Assembly: GCF_006345805.1 (NCBI RefSeq)
Contig: NW_021828699.1
Location: forward strand, 1-7,950
Length of the DNA: 7,950 nucleotides
Origin: Octopus sinensis
Lineage: Eukaryota
Reading direction: 5' to 3'
The translations under genes and the position numbers were made by a program. How positions within the stretch are numbered: position 1 is the stretch's first letter; the number at the start of each line of letters is the position of its first letter. The notes under the pieces were generated by a model. The model did not search any database. It saw only the letters and a list, made by a program, of their open reading frames with translations, and was not told the DNA's origin. Below, one piece after another: positions 7,831 to 7,950 of the stretch.

Positions 7831-7950
7831 GGAGGTGCAATGGCCCAGTGGTTCGGGCAGCGGACTCGCGGTTTCGATTCCCAGAGCGGGCGTTGTGTGT
7901 GCTTATTAAGCGAAAACGCCAAAGAAACCGGGAAACCGGGCCCATGAACC
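7831..7950 (+). mobile_element. tRNA-derived SINE head of a second family, running off the window edge
   Basis: Perfect A-box TGGCCCAGTGG (7841-7851) and B-box GGTTTCGATTCC (7870-7881). There is no acceptor stem or poly-T terminator. It is unrelated to S1-S4. Confidence 0.75.

Noticed and set aside
265-7890. Calling A/B-box regions tRNA genes, or the spaced SINE/TSD repeats a CRISPR-like array
   Set aside because: The regions form no cloverleaf or terminator and continue into SINE bodies. The three-copy motif is spaced by homologous SINEs rather than unique spacers, and there are no cas genes.

Overview
This is a eukaryotic, AT-rich, non-coding-looking window made almost entirely of decayed transposons and compound microsatellites. 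It contains no intact gene, tRNA, rRNA or CRISPR array that I can support. The SINE sequences and the (AT)/(ATAC)/(GT) microsatellite load resemble Octopus genomic DNA; this is recognition from memory, not a database search. Contents in order: two tandem tRNA-derived SINEs separated and flanked by three copies of one target site; microsatellite blocks; degraded repeat fragments; the 5' end of a mariner fused to an IR/DR-type Tc1 (DD34E) with a dead transposase and one truncated end; a minus-strand SINE with a perfect 12-bp TSD; a seamless SINE-head / internally deleted mariner / R4-Dong-like RT patchwork; and a putative hAT end with another SINE head just inside it. Most ORF-track entries are microsatellite or antisense artefacts. 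I did not find a convincing new biological system. The best leads are unusual transposon junctions and one candidate exon.
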